Sequence record: SRR20825010_1094
Length of the DNA stretch: 38,763 nt
Direction: 5' to 3' (one strand)
Shown here piece by piece: positions 19,601 to 28,945 of the stretch (positions are counted from its first letter, which is position 1; each line of letters begins with the position of its first letter). The notes beneath the pieces were generated by a model that did no database searches, was not told where the DNA came from, and saw nothing but the letters and a program-made list of their open reading frames with translations. The translations under genes were made by a program, and so were the position numbers.

Positions 19601-19826
19601 GGCCGCGCGCAAAAAATGCGCCCGAGCTATTGGTTGTGTATGTACCACGCGACCCGGATGGGACGTGTACTACAGTTACTTCAACACCGGAAATTGGGTT
19701 CCCGGATGCATCAACGACCGTACCACGGATCGAGGACGTAATTTCCTGCGCTATTACAGGTACACTTACCGCCATTGCGGCCAGTGCAACGCTGCTACAA
19801 AGAGCAGCTCTCATTTGGCGTTTCAT
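16674..19826 (-). CDS. TonB-dependent receptor, Oar-like, with N-terminal carboxypeptidase-regulatory-like domain
   Basis: Signal peptide; ITSSIRGTVVD...GLRPGGPY; IEEIEVVAS-type TonB-box region (VEEIEVVAS); plug NSLTVDG..DDFGL, GGQINVVTKSGTNEFHG; C-terminal IGAKYKF. Confidence 0.93.
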   Translation of the reverse strand: MKRQMRAALCSSVALAAMAVSVPVIAQEITSSIRGTVVDASGNPISGVEVTVVHVPSGSRGTYTTNSSGAFFARGLRPGGPYNVDVAASGNYQGQSFEGLTLNVSEPLPLTIPLAASGASVEEIEVVASRIAAIRSGGSSSYGADMIDKMPSIGRDLKSTIRANPFVSIDSGSNDALSIGGANNRFNSLTVDGIRQDDDFGLNGNGYPTQRSPISIDAVEQVGVSPAPFSVEFNKFTGGQINVVTKSGTNEFHGTAFYQYRDQSLAGDKSVTVDGDDLDVDLGTFENKFWGATLGGPIIKDKLFFFASYEKFDGSTPNTTGATGSGAASEVSGVNVADVERIDAIASSYGIDNMYGGDDSIAESDEKIFFKLDWNINDNHRAFASYQYTDGNSLSLTDHGGNRFAFLSHNYNRSEKLQAYNFQVFSDWTDNFSTELKVGYKKNETGQVGLALDQGIGEIQVRTSDDGNSGTVYMGIDDSRHSNALNNKTWQAKLKADYVSGDHTITAGYEYDAVDVFNLFIQRTRGIWQFNSIDDFEAGAPATFSYQNAASNNPDDGAASFKLATHTLYLQDRWDMSDKLTLTGGLRVDFWKTSDEPALNQNFVDRNGFANTATLDGKSIIQPRFAFTYDLDDKTTLRGGFGRFAGGDPLVWVSNAYSLDGVTTLTYFSNDAALIANPDFSQVPQFALDGLGGNPDGGDVAAIDPDFKVPGVWKFNLGIDRYFDLGALGDDWHVTLEALWARSQNAADWKELRREVINTAADGSPIYSATQGYDILLTNGAEAKSETYAVSFDKSWDNGVSIFGSYAFNDSEVANEGTSSTASSNYNFAAHLDRNNRLRGTSVFETRHQVKLGLTYQKAFWGDNFTTVGLYYQGRSGKPFSIAMDEFLQFGGSSSIDSGDGHLIYVPAAGEAALVGGANAAGAKVLFEDADARTAFNQLVDTYDLERGKSVGLQSERGPWINDLDLRIAQEVGVGFGKVELFMNMENVLNFLNSAWGEAYDSQFGQQAMVDADVDAATGQITYGSVSDPFFRFQDTSSVWVLQIGAKYKF

Positions 19827-19955
19827 TCCCTAAGCTCCATTAACGTGCCGATGTATCTTCTGGAAGGGCCCCCTTCGATCCCGGCACTGAACGACTAATT
19901 CGCTGTTTTAAAAAAAGTCTCACACACAGAACATGCACATCGAAACAACCAAATC

Positions 19956-19971
19956 CTGACCGAAAGGTCAA
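19956..19971. promoter_or_regulatory. RutR-like box upstream of TonB receptor (proximal)
   Basis: CTGACCGAAAGGTCAA; 11/12 match to TTGACC-N4-GGTCAA. Confidence 0.75.
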
Positions 19972-20036
19972 GTCAGGCCGTTCCTGCGCACAATTGCTGC
20001 GTCGCATGACTTTTATGCTCGGTTTTTTTCAGTTTT

Positions 20037-20052
20037 TTGACGAAAGTGTCAA
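20037..20052. promoter_or_regulatory. RutR-like box upstream of TonB receptor (distal)
   Basis: TTGACGAAAGTGTCAA; perfect TTGAC-N6-GTCAA with the same flanks as the 28860 site. Confidence 0.75.
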
Positions 20053-20170
20053 GATTCATTGGAAGGCTGCGATTTATAGCAACCGCAATTCCCTTTAAAG
20101 TGACGCAAAGGGCACAGCTCCGCCACTTTTCGCAGAAATCTGCGCTTTCGCTTTCATATGAAACTGTGGC

Positions 20171-20207
20171 TTAAAAACAACAAGGAGGGCGCTCATCACG
20201 CCCTCCT
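20171..20207 (-). terminator. Intrinsic terminator ending the bmp-ABC-cdd-deoA-deoB-S1/P1 operon
   Basis: AGGAGGGCG-N7-CGCCCTCCT stem followed on the minus strand by TGTTGTTTTT. Confidence 0.75.
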
Positions 20208-20255
20208 CACACCCATTATGCGAATCGTTTAGTCCCACACCGGGGTTTTATCTCG

Positions 20256-21047
20256 TTATTCTCCGATGTCAGCGAACAGCTTGTTCAGGTGGCCAGCAAG
20301 CCGAATTCCGCCCTTTGAAAGCTGTGATTTAATCACCGGCGTGTATTTATAAACATAGTCGTAGCTGAAGATCGCGTTGCCCACATTATAGATATCGGCC
20401 CGCATCGCAATCAGCTCACGCACCCAATCTATAGGCTGCGCGCCCTGCCACTCTGTTACCTGTGCCGGGGTAATCTTGGGCTCAAGAAAGCGCACCCATT
20501 CAGTGAAAGAAAGCAGCTTGTAATCAATCAGGTCCTCATCCCACACCTTGTGAAGGTTGCTCATCTCCTCAAACCACACCACGTCAATACGGTTTCCGCC
20601 CCAATCTTCAGCGCGACCCGCGTGAAGTGGCTGGTGCAGGTCGCCAACAATATGGATGATAAAACGAAGCGCGAGTTGGCGTTCTTCCAGCGGCAACGCC
20701 GCGTCCTTCACCTTTTCGCTATACATCGCGAGCGCTGTCAGCGCGTCACCGGCAGGGTTCTTGACGCTGTCTTCATACGTCACACCGTCTGGCAGGTTAA
20801 TGTAGTGGTAGGTCTGTGATTCCTTGCGCCAGAAGGCATCGGGGTTAGAGCGCATTTCGTCGGGCCAGTTTGCAGCTTCGGCCATAAACTCGGTGCCCAG
20901 CAGTTCCTTCACCGCTGCCTCAGCCTCAGGCGTGAGGTGGCGTGATGCCAGCTCCGCGATCACCCGGTGGCCCGTTGGCCCGTAAGCGCTGGCCGCAGCA
21001 GAAAGGCCCGCCACCATTACCAACCCACAAAATAGTTTGCGCAACAT
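20256..21047 (-). CDS. S1/P1 nuclease, exported
   Basis: Signal peptide ending AAASA then YGPTGH; zinc-ligand motifs WPD, HYIN, HIVGDLHQPLH, NLHKVWD, GGIRLA. Confidence 0.93.
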   Translation of the reverse strand: MLRKLFCGLVMVAGLSAAASAYGPTGHRVIAELASRHLTPEAEAAVKELLGTEFMAEAANWPDEMRSNPDAFWRKESQTYHYINLPDGVTYEDSVKNPAGDALTALAMYSEKVKDAALPLEERQLALRFIIHIVGDLHQPLHAGRAEDWGGNRIDVVWFEEMSNLHKVWDEDLIDYKLLSFTEWVRFLEPKITPAQVTEWQGAQPIDWVRELIAMRADIYNVGNAIFSYDYVYKYTPVIKSQLSKGGIRLAGHLNKLFADIGE

Positions 21048-21087
21048 ACCCCTTGCTCCCCTCAATCAAATATTCAGTCTGAATTTG

Positions 21088-22305
21088 TTAAAATGCGTTT
21101 TCGCCGTCATCCAAAGCGGCGATACCCAAGTGATGCGCCACACTTTGCCCGATATCGGCGAAGCTTTTACGAACGCCCTTGCTACCCGGCCCTAGGTTGG
21201 GGCCATAAGCCACAAAAGGCACATGCTCACGTGTATGGTCGCTGCCCGGCCAAGTCGGGTCGCAGCCGTGGTCGGCCGTCAGGATAACAACATCGTCCGC
21301 CTTCATGCCGTTTAGAAACTCTGGCAGGCGGCCATCAAAATATTCCAGTGCGGCAGCATAGCCCCCCACGTTGCGGCGATGCCCAAAGGACTGGTCAAAA
21401 TCGACAAAATTAACGAAGGTCAACGAGCCTTCCGGTGCGCTGTCAAGTTTCTCGAGCGATACTTCAAAAAGCCCATCCAGGCCGTTAGCTTTTACCTTCT
21501 GGGTCAAACCACGGTGCGCAAATATATCTGCAATCTTGCCAACAGAGATCACTTCCCTGCCCGCGTCCTCCAGCTTTTCCAGAAGGGTTGGCTTGTGGGG
21601 CGGTGTAGCAAGGTCGCGGCGGTTGCCGGTACGCTCAAACGTGCCGTTCTCCCCCACAAAGGGCCGTGCGATCACGCGGCCAATGTTATATTCATCCACC
21701 AGTTCCCGCGCGACAGCACAAACTTCATAAAGCCTCTCAAGGCCGAAATGCTCTTCATGCGCTGCAATCTGGAACACACTATCGGCTGAGGTGTAAACAA
21801 TCGGCTTGCCGGTGCGGATATGCTCATCGCCAAGCTCTTCCAATATCACCGTGCCCGAGGCCGCCTTATTGCCAATCACGCCCGGTAGGCCACACCGTTC
21901 AATCAGCTCATTCAAAAGCTTTTCAGGAAAGCTCGGGTATTTCTGCTCAAAATAGCCCCAGTCAAATTCAACCGGCACACCCGCCATTTCCCAATGGCCA
22001 GATGGTGTGTCTTTCCCGAAAGACCGTTCCGCGCACGCCGCATAAAGCCCGGTGACCTTGCCGTCCAGCTCCAGCCCTTTTGGCTCCTTACCTGTTGCCA
22101 GCTCCGCCGCTTTACCAAGCCCAAGCCGTGCCATGTTTGGCAGAGACAGCGGGCCCGCGGTCTCGCGCTCCGGTGCCGTATTGCCCGCCGCGCACCAATC
22201 CGCAATATGGCCAAGCGTATCCGCGCCCACATCACCAAATTTTTCCGCGTCGGGGGCTGCACCAATGCCAAAACTGTCGAGAACCAAAATAAAGGCCCGT
22301 GCCAT
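21088..22305 (-). CDS. deoB: Phosphopentomutase
   Basis: [68 protein letters not shown]. Confidence 0.97.
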   Translation of the reverse strand: MARAFILVLDSFGIGAAPDAEKFGDVGADTLGHIADWCAAGNTAPERETAGPLSLPNMARLGLGKAAELATGKEPKGLELDGKVTGLYAACAERSFGKDTPSGHWEMAGVPVEFDWGYFEQKYPSFPEKLLNELIERCGLPGVIGNKAASGTVILEELGDEHIRTGKPIVYTSADSVFQIAAHEEHFGLERLYEVCAVARELVDEYNIGRVIARPFVGENGTFERTGNRRDLATPPHKPTLLEKLEDAGREVISVGKIADIFAHRGLTQKVKANGLDGLFEVSLEKLDSAPEGSLTFVNFVDFDQSFGHRRNVGGYAAALEYFDGRLPEFLNGMKADDVVILTADHGCDPTWPGSDHTREHVPFVAYGPNLGPGSKGVRKSFADIGQSVAHHLGIAALDDGENAF

Positions 22306-22307
22306 CT

Positions 22308-23654
22308 CTATTCTCCGATTGTTTGTGCGACGATCGGGCCTGCGCTCACGGCGGCCGCAGATATCGTCACTGCACTATGGAAACGGCTGATCGCATCATC
22401 TGCTGCCGCCTCTGTCTTAGCATACACCATCGCAAGCGGTTGGTCCGCCTGCAGACTATCGCTGATCTGACAAATCTCCGTGAACCCAACGCTGTGATCA
22501 ACGGCTTGCGAGGGGCTTGTACGTCCGCCACCAAGCGCCACCACAGCCATGCCAATCGCGCGCGTATCCATCGCCGCCACATATCCCGCCTTGCCTGCCA
22601 ATACCGGTTTCACAATAGGCGCAAGCTTGAGGTAGCTGTCTTTCTTTTCAAACAGGTCATTGGGGCCACCTTGCGCGGCCACCATTTTTTCAAACAGGCC
22701 AGCTGCATCGCCGCGCATCAGGGCAACCGCAGCCTTGTCGCGCGCGGTGTCAAAGTTTGGTTGCGCGCCAGAAAGGCTGAGCATATGGGCAGCGAGATCA
22801 AGGGTGATATCCACGAGCCGCTTGTCAGCTGTCTTGGGGTTTACCAGAAACTCGATGGTCTCAAAAACCTCAACCGCGTTGCCTGCTGTACGGCCAAGCA
22901 CCTGGTTCATGTCGGTCAGAAGGGCTGTTGTTGGCACACCAGCAGCGCCCGCAACACGCACAATATTGCGCGCAAGCTCTTCTGCTTTCTCATAGCTGTC
23001 CATAAAGGCGCCATTGCCGAACTTCACGTCCATCACCAAAGCATTCAGCCCGGCAGACAGTTTTTTCGACAAGATGGAAGCGGTGATCAGCGGGATGCTC
23101 TCGACCGTCGCGGTCACGTCGCGGATACCATAGAAGCGCTTGTCCGCAGGGGCGAGGTCGCCCGTTTGACCGATAATCGAACAACCAACGGTTTTTACGA
23201 TATCTGCAAACTTGTTAATGCTCGGGTATGGGTCGTAGCCTGGGATGGACTCGAGCTTGTCGAGCGTGCCGCCCGTGTGGCCAAGCCCACGACCAGAAAT
23301 CATCGGTACATAACCACCACATGCCGCCACAATCGGCGCCAGCATAAGGCTTACCTTATCACCCACACCACCCGTGGAGTGTTTGTCCACAATCGGCGCA
23401 CCAGCTTCAAAACCCAGCTCTGTCCAGTTCATAACATCGCCGCTGTCCCGCATGGCAAGCGTCAGCGCTGCGCCCTCTTCCGGGCTCATGCCGTTAAAGA
23501 ATACCGCCATACCAAGGGCTGCAACTTGCCCGTCCGTTACGCTGCCATCCGTAATGCCCGCGACAAAACGCTTGATATCGGCATCGGGAACCACACCGCC
23601 ATCACGTTTGATGCGGATCACTTCTTGCGGCAAAAAGGCGCCAGCTTCACTCAT
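22308..23654 (-). CDS. deoA: Thymidine phosphorylase
   Basis: [60 protein letters not shown]. Confidence 0.96.
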   Translation of the reverse strand: MSEAGAFLPQEVIRIKRDGGVVPDADIKRFVAGITDGSVTDGQVAALGMAVFFNGMSPEEGAALTLAMRDSGDVMNWTELGFEAGAPIVDKHSTGGVGDKVSLMLAPIVAACGGYVPMISGRGLGHTGGTLDKLESIPGYDPYPSINKFADIVKTVGCSIIGQTGDLAPADKRFYGIRDVTATVESIPLITASILSKKLSAGLNALVMDVKFGNGAFMDSYEKAEELARNIVRVAGAAGVPTTALLTDMNQVLGRTAGNAVEVFETIEFLVNPKTADKRLVDITLDLAAHMLSLSGAQPNFDTARDKAAVALMRGDAAGLFEKMVAAQGGPNDLFEKKDSYLKLAPIVKPVLAGKAGYVAAMDTRAIGMAVVALGGGRTSPSQAVDHSVGFTEICQISDSLQADQPLAMVYAKTEAAADDAISRFHSAVTISAAAVSAGPIVAQTIGE

Positions 23655-23683
23655 CACACTTCCTCTGCTTCTCAGCGTTCTGG

Positions 23684-24091
23684 TTATTCAGAAAGGTTTT
23701 CAGGCCCGAACGAGTGCGGCAACAGCTCGGCGCTCGTGGTTTCCAGCAACACGGTGCCTTTGTGGTCAACAATTGTGACAGGCGCGCCAGCCTGGCCTGC
23801 AAACTCGCGTATCTGCTGCCTGCAACCACCACAGGGGGTGCACACATGTGTGCCCGGCCCCGCAATCACGATATGCTTGATCTGGTTTGCGCCCTGCATG
23901 ATCATATTGCCAATGGCATTGGCCTCCGCGCAGAAGCTGAGCGGATAGGCCGCGTTTTCCACATTGCAGCCAGCTACCACCTTGCCGTCTGAGGTCAGCA
24001 GCGCTGCCCCCACCGGGTGGTTGGAATAGGGGGCGTAGGCTTTAGCTTGCGCCTCAAGCGCAGCATCAATCAATTGTTTAACATCCGCCAT
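23684..24091 (-). CDS. cdd: Cytidine deaminase (homotetrameric type)
   Basis: AYAPYS, GCNVENAAY, CAE, PCGGCRQ. Confidence 0.95.
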   Translation of the reverse strand: MADVKQLIDAALEAQAKAYAPYSNHPVGAALLTSDGKVVAGCNVENAAYPLSFCAEANAIGNMIMQGANQIKHIVIAGPGTHVCTPCGGCRQQIREFAGQAGAPVTIVDHKGTVLLETTSAELLPHSFGPENLSE

Positions 24092-24093
24092 GC

Positions 24094-25068
24094 TTAGTGG
24101 TCCTTCTCATACGGGATACCGCTTGCTTTCGGTGCATCCATCTTGCCCGCAAAACCGGCAAGGATAATCACCGTCAGCACATAAGGCAGCATGATGGTGA
24201 ACTGCACCGGCACCTCGCCAATAAGGGGCAGGCTTTCGCCCTGCAGGCGGCCCTGAAGCGCGTCAACAAAACCAAACAGCAAGCAAGCCAGAAGGGTTGG
24301 CACAGGTTTCCAACGGCCAAAAATCATCGCGGCAAGTGCTAAATACCCTTTACCCGCAGACATGTCCCGGATGAAAGCTGCCCCCATGCCGGTTGAAAGC
24401 ACCACGCCTGAAAGCCCGCATAGCATGCCTGCAATCATCATGGCCTGATACCGCAGTTTCGTGACAGAAATGCCAGCGGTGTCCACGGCTTCAGGGTTCT
24501 CGCCCACTGCGCGCAGGCGCAAGCCAAAGCGGGTGCGATACAGCATCCATGCAACAAGCGGGATGATAAAAACGGTCAGATAGGTGATCAGGTTGTGGCC
24601 AGAAATGATCTCGCTATAAAGCTGACCGATAACCGGCACGTCACTCAGGCTATCCGCAAACGGCCATTTGATGGCGCTGAAGCGCGCCTCCTCCCCCAGA
24701 AGCGGGGTCTGCCCACCTTGATGGAACCAAAAGTTCGCGAGCGTAGGCGCGAGGCCCGCAACCGCAATATTGATCGCCATGCCGGAGACGATCTGATTAC
24801 CGCGCTGCGCGATCGATACATAGCCATGAAGAAGCGCCAGCATCACTGAGGCCAGCACCCCGGCCACAAGTCCCGCCCAAGGCGAACCTGTAACCGCCGC
24901 AGCCGCCGCAGCCGCAAACGCAGCGCCCAGCATCTTGCCTTCAAGCCCGATGTCTACAATGCCTGCGCGTTCCGCCACAAGGCCGGCAAGGCCGGCAAGC
25001 ACAAGCGGCGTTGCGGTGCGGAACGTGCTGTCGCTCAGGAGCGTGAGGTCAGTCAAAAACTCGATCAT
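24094..25068 (-). CDS. Nucleoside ABC transporter permease (NupC-like)
   Basis: ERAGIVDIGLEG, GLRLRAVGENP, GKGYLALAAMIFGRW. Confidence 0.9.
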   Translation of the reverse strand: MIEFLTDLTLLSDSTFRTATPLVLAGLAGLVAERAGIVDIGLEGKMLGAAFAAAAAAAVTGSPWAGLVAGVLASVMLALLHGYVSIAQRGNQIVSGMAINIAVAGLAPTLANFWFHQGGQTPLLGEEARFSAIKWPFADSLSDVPVIGQLYSEIISGHNLITYLTVFIIPLVAWMLYRTRFGLRLRAVGENPEAVDTAGISVTKLRYQAMMIAGMLCGLSGVVLSTGMGAAFIRDMSAGKGYLALAAMIFGRWKPVPTLLACLLFGFVDALQGRLQGESLPLIGEVPVQFTIMLPYVLTVIILAGFAGKMDAPKASGIPYEKDH

Positions 25069-26168
25069 GCCGCCCTCCTCTCGAACCGCATGAACAGGCG
25101 CTCAATCGGGTCGCGGAACATATGCTCCATCGCACCAGCGAACAAGATCACAAGCCCCTGGATCATCACGATCAGATCTCGGGTGATATTGGGCATTTCA
25201 AACGCCAGTTCCGCCCCGCCCTGATAAAGTGCCCCAAAGAGGACTGCTGCCAGCACAATGCCTAAAGGATGGTTGCGCCCCATGAAGGCCACGGCAATGC
25301 CAACGAAGCCGTAACCAAGCGTGAAATTGCCAATAAGGCGGTGCTGTTCACCAAGGATTTCATTCAGCCCCATCATGCCCGCAAGCGCGCCGGAAATCAT
25401 CATCGCCACAATGGTCATGCGCGCTACAGGCACACCGGCAAACCGCGCCGCACTGTGGTTTTTGCCCACCACACGCAACTCATAACCAAACCGCGTACGG
25501 TTCAACGTAAACCAAACCGCAATTACACATAGAAGCGCGATGAGGGCAGAGATGTTCAACGGGCTTTCTTCAAAACTGACCCCAAGAGCGCCAAACAGCT
25601 CGTGCATGGGCGTGAGGCCTGTGCCCGGCGGGAAATCCGCGCTTTCAGGCATCTGGCCGCCGGGGCGCTGCAATGGGCCCACAAGCAGATAGGCCAGAAG
25701 AGCCGAGGCGATAAAATTGAACATGATGGTGGTGATCACAATATGGCTGCCACGCTTGGCCTGTAACCACGCCGGGATAAAGGCCCACGCGGCACCAAAA
25801 AGCGCCGCCCCCACGATACCTGCGAGGGCCGCAAGCATGGGCGCGTCACCACCAACCATAAACACAGCGAGCGTGAGGCCAAGCCCGCCCAGCATCGCCT
25901 GTCCTTCACCGCCGATGTTAAAAAGCCCGGCATGATAGGCAACAGAGACCGCAAGCCCGGTAAAGACAAAATTGGTGGCGTAATAAAAGGTATAGCCGGT
26001 GGCTTCTTCAAACCCGAATGCCCCCTCCCACATCAGGGAAAGTGCCAGAAACGGGTCTTCGCCCAACCCCCAAATTACAAGGCCAGAGACGATGAAGGCC
26101 GCGAGCAGGTTAAGCGCAGGCAGTAGCCCGACTTCCGCCCACAACGGCAGTTTGGATGCGCGCGCCAT
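25065..26168 (-). CDS. Nucleoside ABC transporter permease (NupB-like)
   Basis: GLFNIGGEGQ, VITTIMFNFIA, GYGFVGIAVAFMGRNHP. Confidence 0.9.
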   Translation of the reverse strand: MARASKLPLWAEVGLLPALNLLAAFIVSGLVIWGLGEDPFLALSLMWEGAFGFEEATGYTFYYATNFVFTGLAVSVAYHAGLFNIGGEGQAMLGGLGLTLAVFMVGGDAPMLAALAGIVGAALFGAAWAFIPAWLQAKRGSHIVITTIMFNFIASALLAYLLVGPLQRPGGQMPESADFPPGTGLTPMHELFGALGVSFEESPLNISALIALLCVIAVWFTLNRTRFGYELRVVGKNHSAARFAGVPVARMTIVAMMISGALAGMMGLNEILGEQHRLIGNFTLGYGFVGIAVAFMGRNHPLGIVLAAVLFGALYQGGAELAFEMPNITRDLIVMIQGLVILFAGAMEHMFRDPIERLFMRFERRAA

Positions 26169-27703
26169 CAGACAGCCATCCTTTTTTCACCCGCCATCAT
26201 CAGGCCAAGGGTCTGCTCGTCCGCATCCTCAACATTGAGCGTACCAACAATCTCCCCCTCGCACATTACCGCAATGCGGTCAGAGATCGCGAGCAACTCG
26301 TCAAGGTCGGCGGAGACAACCAACATAGCCTTACCTGCGTTCCGGAGGGTGGTGATCTGGTCATGGATTTTGGTTACCGCGCCGATGTCCACACCGCGGG
26401 TTGGTTGGCCAATAACCATCAGTTGCGGATCGCGAGCAATCTCGCGGGCGATCACAAGCTTCTGTTGGTTCCCGCCGGAAAATGAGCCAATGGCGAGGCT
26501 TGGGTTTCGCGGCCGCACGTCCTGGCTTTCAAAATAACCTGCGGCTTTCGTCGCAATATCCTTCAACTTAAGAAGGCCATTCTTGGAGAAATCTTCTTCG
26601 CGCTGATAACCGAGGATGGCGTTTTCGCGCGCCGACATGCTTTCCACCACCCCGGTTTTTAGGCGGTCTTCTGCTACATGGGCCATGCCCATGCGCCGAA
26701 GTGCTATCGGGCTTGTAACCGTGCCCGCGTCCGCGATCACATCGTCACCATAGGTGATGGTGCCTGCGCTTACCTGTCGAAGGCCGGTGATGACCTCAAG
26801 AAGTTCTGTTTGCCCATTTCCTGCCACGCCTGCGATGCCAAGCACCTCGCCGTCCCGCACCTCAAGCGATACATTCTTGAGTGCTTCATGGCCTCGGCCA
26901 TCCAGCGCTGAAACGGCTGAAAGCGACAGTCGAAGCGGGTGACCTGAAACCTCAGCCCTGCTGGCGGTACGGGCAATTTTCGCCCCCACCATCAGCTCCG
27001 CCAGTTCTGCGGCAGACGTTTCACTTGTCTTCTTGAGCGCCACAATTTTGCCAGCCCGCATGACAGTCACGTCATCGGTAATGGCCATAATTTCATGCAG
27101 CTTGTGAGTGACAAAAAGCACCGTTTTACCCTGTGCCTTCAACTGGCGGACAAGATCAAAAAGCTGTTCTGTCTCCTGAGGGGTCAACACCGCCGTTGGC
27201 TCATCCAGAATCAGCGTATCAGCCCCTTTATAAAGTGCCTTCAGGATTTCAGCCCGCTGTCGCACCCCAACGGAGAGGTTTTCAACCGGCTCATCAAACG
27301 GCAGATCAAAACCAAACTTGCTTTCAAGCGCCTTGAGCTTGTCCCGCGCCGCAGCCTTTGCAAGGCGCAGGTTAGAAGACCCTTCAGCACCGAGGATGAT
27401 ATTCTCTAAAACCGTGAAGGGTTCCACGAGCATGAAGTGCTGGTGCACCATACCAATGCCCGCAGCCATTGCGGCCATTGGGTTAGGGAAGTGGCTATGC
27501 ACACCGTCCACCAAAATATCGCCGCCATCGGGGCGATAGAAGCCGAACAACATCTTGAGAAGTGTGGATTTTCCGGCACCGTTCTCCCCCACGATACCGT
27601 GCACGCTGCCCTTTTCCACCTGCAGTGAAAGGCCATCGTTGGCACGCACGTCCCCAAAATGTTTAGAAAGCTCTCTGGTTTCTATCGCCAACACCTGGGT
27701 CAT
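26168..27703 (-). CDS. Nucleoside ABC transporter ATP-binding protein (CUT2, two NBDs)
   Basis: GENGAGKST, GIGMVHQHF, ILDEPT; second NBD GVAGNGQ, SGGNQQK, QPTRGVD. Confidence 0.93.
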   Translation of the reverse strand: MTQVLAIETRELSKHFGDVRANDGLSLQVEKGSVHGIVGENGAGKSTLLKMLFGFYRPDGGDILVDGVHSHFPNPMAAMAAGIGMVHQHFMLVEPFTVLENIILGAEGSSNLRLAKAAARDKLKALESKFGFDLPFDEPVENLSVGVRQRAEILKALYKGADTLILDEPTAVLTPQETEQLFDLVRQLKAQGKTVLFVTHKLHEIMAITDDVTVMRAGKIVALKKTSETSAAELAELMVGAKIARTASRAEVSGHPLRLSLSAVSALDGRGHEALKNVSLEVRDGEVLGIAGVAGNGQTELLEVITGLRQVSAGTITYGDDVIADAGTVTSPIALRRMGMAHVAEDRLKTGVVESMSARENAILGYQREEDFSKNGLLKLKDIATKAAGYFESQDVRPRNPSLAIGSFSGGNQQKLVIAREIARDPQLMVIGQPTRGVDIGAVTKIHDQITTLRNAGKAMLVVSADLDELLAISDRIAVMCEGEIVGTLNVEDADEQTLGLMMAGEKRMAV

Positions 27704-27727
27704 GGGAATGTGTGCCTGCCTTAAGCC

Positions 27728-28744
27728 TTAGTGACCGGAGTTGCTGCCAGCCACGTCACCAACGACGATTTCACCGCTGATAATGGCGGCCCGCGCTGCA
27801 TCCAGCGCGGTTTTCATATCGTCGGTAATCAGGCCTGCGTTATGCTCATCAAGCGCATAATCAACACCGCCAGCCTCAAGGCCCATCACACGGTGGCCGG
27901 CCTCCCATGTGCCTTCGCGTGCTTCTGTCATTGCAGTATAGACGGCAAGGTCCACCCGCTTGAGCATGCTGGTAAGCACCGAACCAGGCGCAACATGATT
28001 TTGGTTGCTATCCACACCAATCGCGAGTTTGCCGCTGTCTTTCGCGGCCTGAATAACACCAAGACCGGAGGGGCCAGCGGCAGAAAACACAATGTCCGCA
28101 CCCCGCGCATATTGGCTTCGTGCCATCTCAGATGCCTTGATCGGGTCATTCCACGCACTTGGCGTTGTGCCTACATAATTCTCGATAATGGTCATGTCAT
28201 CACGCACATAGGCGATGCCTTCACGGTATCCTTGCTCAAACCGGCGAATGAGCGGGATGTCCATGCCACCGATAAAACCAACGGTGCCCGATTCGCTCTT
28301 CATCGCCGCAATCATGCCCACAAGGAACGATCCTTCGTTTTCCTTGAAAGTGATGGATTGCACGTTGGGAAGATCAATAATCGCGTCAATAACGGTGAAT
28401 TTTACGTCCGGGTACTGGCTTGCCACATTACGAACCGCAACGGAATAGCCAACACCCACGGCCACAATCAGGTCTGCCTTACGGCGGGCAAAACGCTTGA
28501 GCGCCTGTTCATACTGGGTTTCGCTCGAAGGCTCGAAGTCGCGGAAATCCGCGCCTGTCTCTTCCTTGAAACGCGCAGCACCCACATAAGCCGCTTCGTT
28601 GAAGGATTTATCGAATTTGCCGCCGATATCATAAAGCAGCACGGGCTGTACTTCTGCGGCCTGCACGGCACCCAAAGTAGCCCCCACAGCCACAAGACCA
28701 ACAGCCAGCGCTTTCAAGCAAAATGCCTTCACCAAATTCGTCAT
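27728..28744 (-). CDS. BMP family nucleoside-binding periplasmic protein
   Basis: Signal peptide from ATG 28744 (SD GGAG); GGKFDKSFNE, EGSFLVG, GFIGGMD, AIGVDSNQ, SMLKRVD. Confidence 0.92.
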   Translation of the reverse strand: MTNLVKAFCLKALAVGLVAVGATLGAVQAAEVQPVLLYDIGGKFDKSFNEAAYVGAARFKEETGADFRDFEPSSETQYEQALKRFARRKADLIVAVGVGYSVAVRNVASQYPDVKFTVIDAIIDLPNVQSITFKENEGSFLVGMIAAMKSESGTVGFIGGMDIPLIRRFEQGYREGIAYVRDDMTIIENYVGTTPSAWNDPIKASEMARSQYARGADIVFSAAGPSGLGVIQAAKDSGKLAIGVDSNQNHVAPGSVLTSMLKRVDLAVYTAMTEAREGTWEAGHRVMGLEAGGVDYALDEHNAGLITDDMKTALDAARAAIISGEIVVGDVAGSNSGH

Positions 28745-28837
28745 GTATTTGTCACTCCCAGGCAGCATAAAGTTGAGCGGAAAATTGCGTCTTCATTTAT
28801 GCCCTTATATTGTGGATTGGCGCAAGGGAACCAGAGC

Positions 28838-28853
28838 AGGACCGGTGGGTCAA
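28838..28853. promoter_or_regulatory. Weaker RutR-like box in bmp/upp divergent region
   Basis: AGGACCGGTGGGTCAA, 22 bp from the strong site. Confidence 0.45.
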
Positions 28854-28859
28854 CCATTT

Positions 28860-28875
28860 TTGACGTTTTGGTCAA
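28860..28875. promoter_or_regulatory. RutR-like box in bmp/upp divergent region
   Basis: TTGACGTTTTGGTCAA; 12/14 match to the E. coli RutR consensus TTGACCAnnTGGTCAA. Confidence 0.8.
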
Positions 28876-28945
28876 GATTAGGTCGACATTTGCTGCCCAT
28901 GCCCCTATGAAATGGACATTTCCGGTAGGTGACGGAGTCTGAAGA

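Noticed and set aside
19955-19977. TGACC-GAAA-GGTCA tetraloop hairpin with alternative CCTGAC/GTCAGG pairing as a riboswitch or sRNA
   Set aside because: Better explained as the palindromic RutR-like operator; the GAAA loop is on the strand opposite the receptor mRNA and no known aptamer is recognisable.
21067-21087. Short inverted repeat ATTCAG-T-CTGAAT between deoB and the nuclease as a terminator
   Set aside because: AT-rich, 1-nt spacer, no proper U-tract; too weak to call.
22299-23948. 549-aa + strand ORF
   Set aside because: Antisense shadow of deoA and cdd; Arg/His-rich with no recognisable motifs.
27731-28942. 403-aa + strand ORF
   Set aside because: Antisense shadow of the BMP gene, explained by codon bias; no family motifs.
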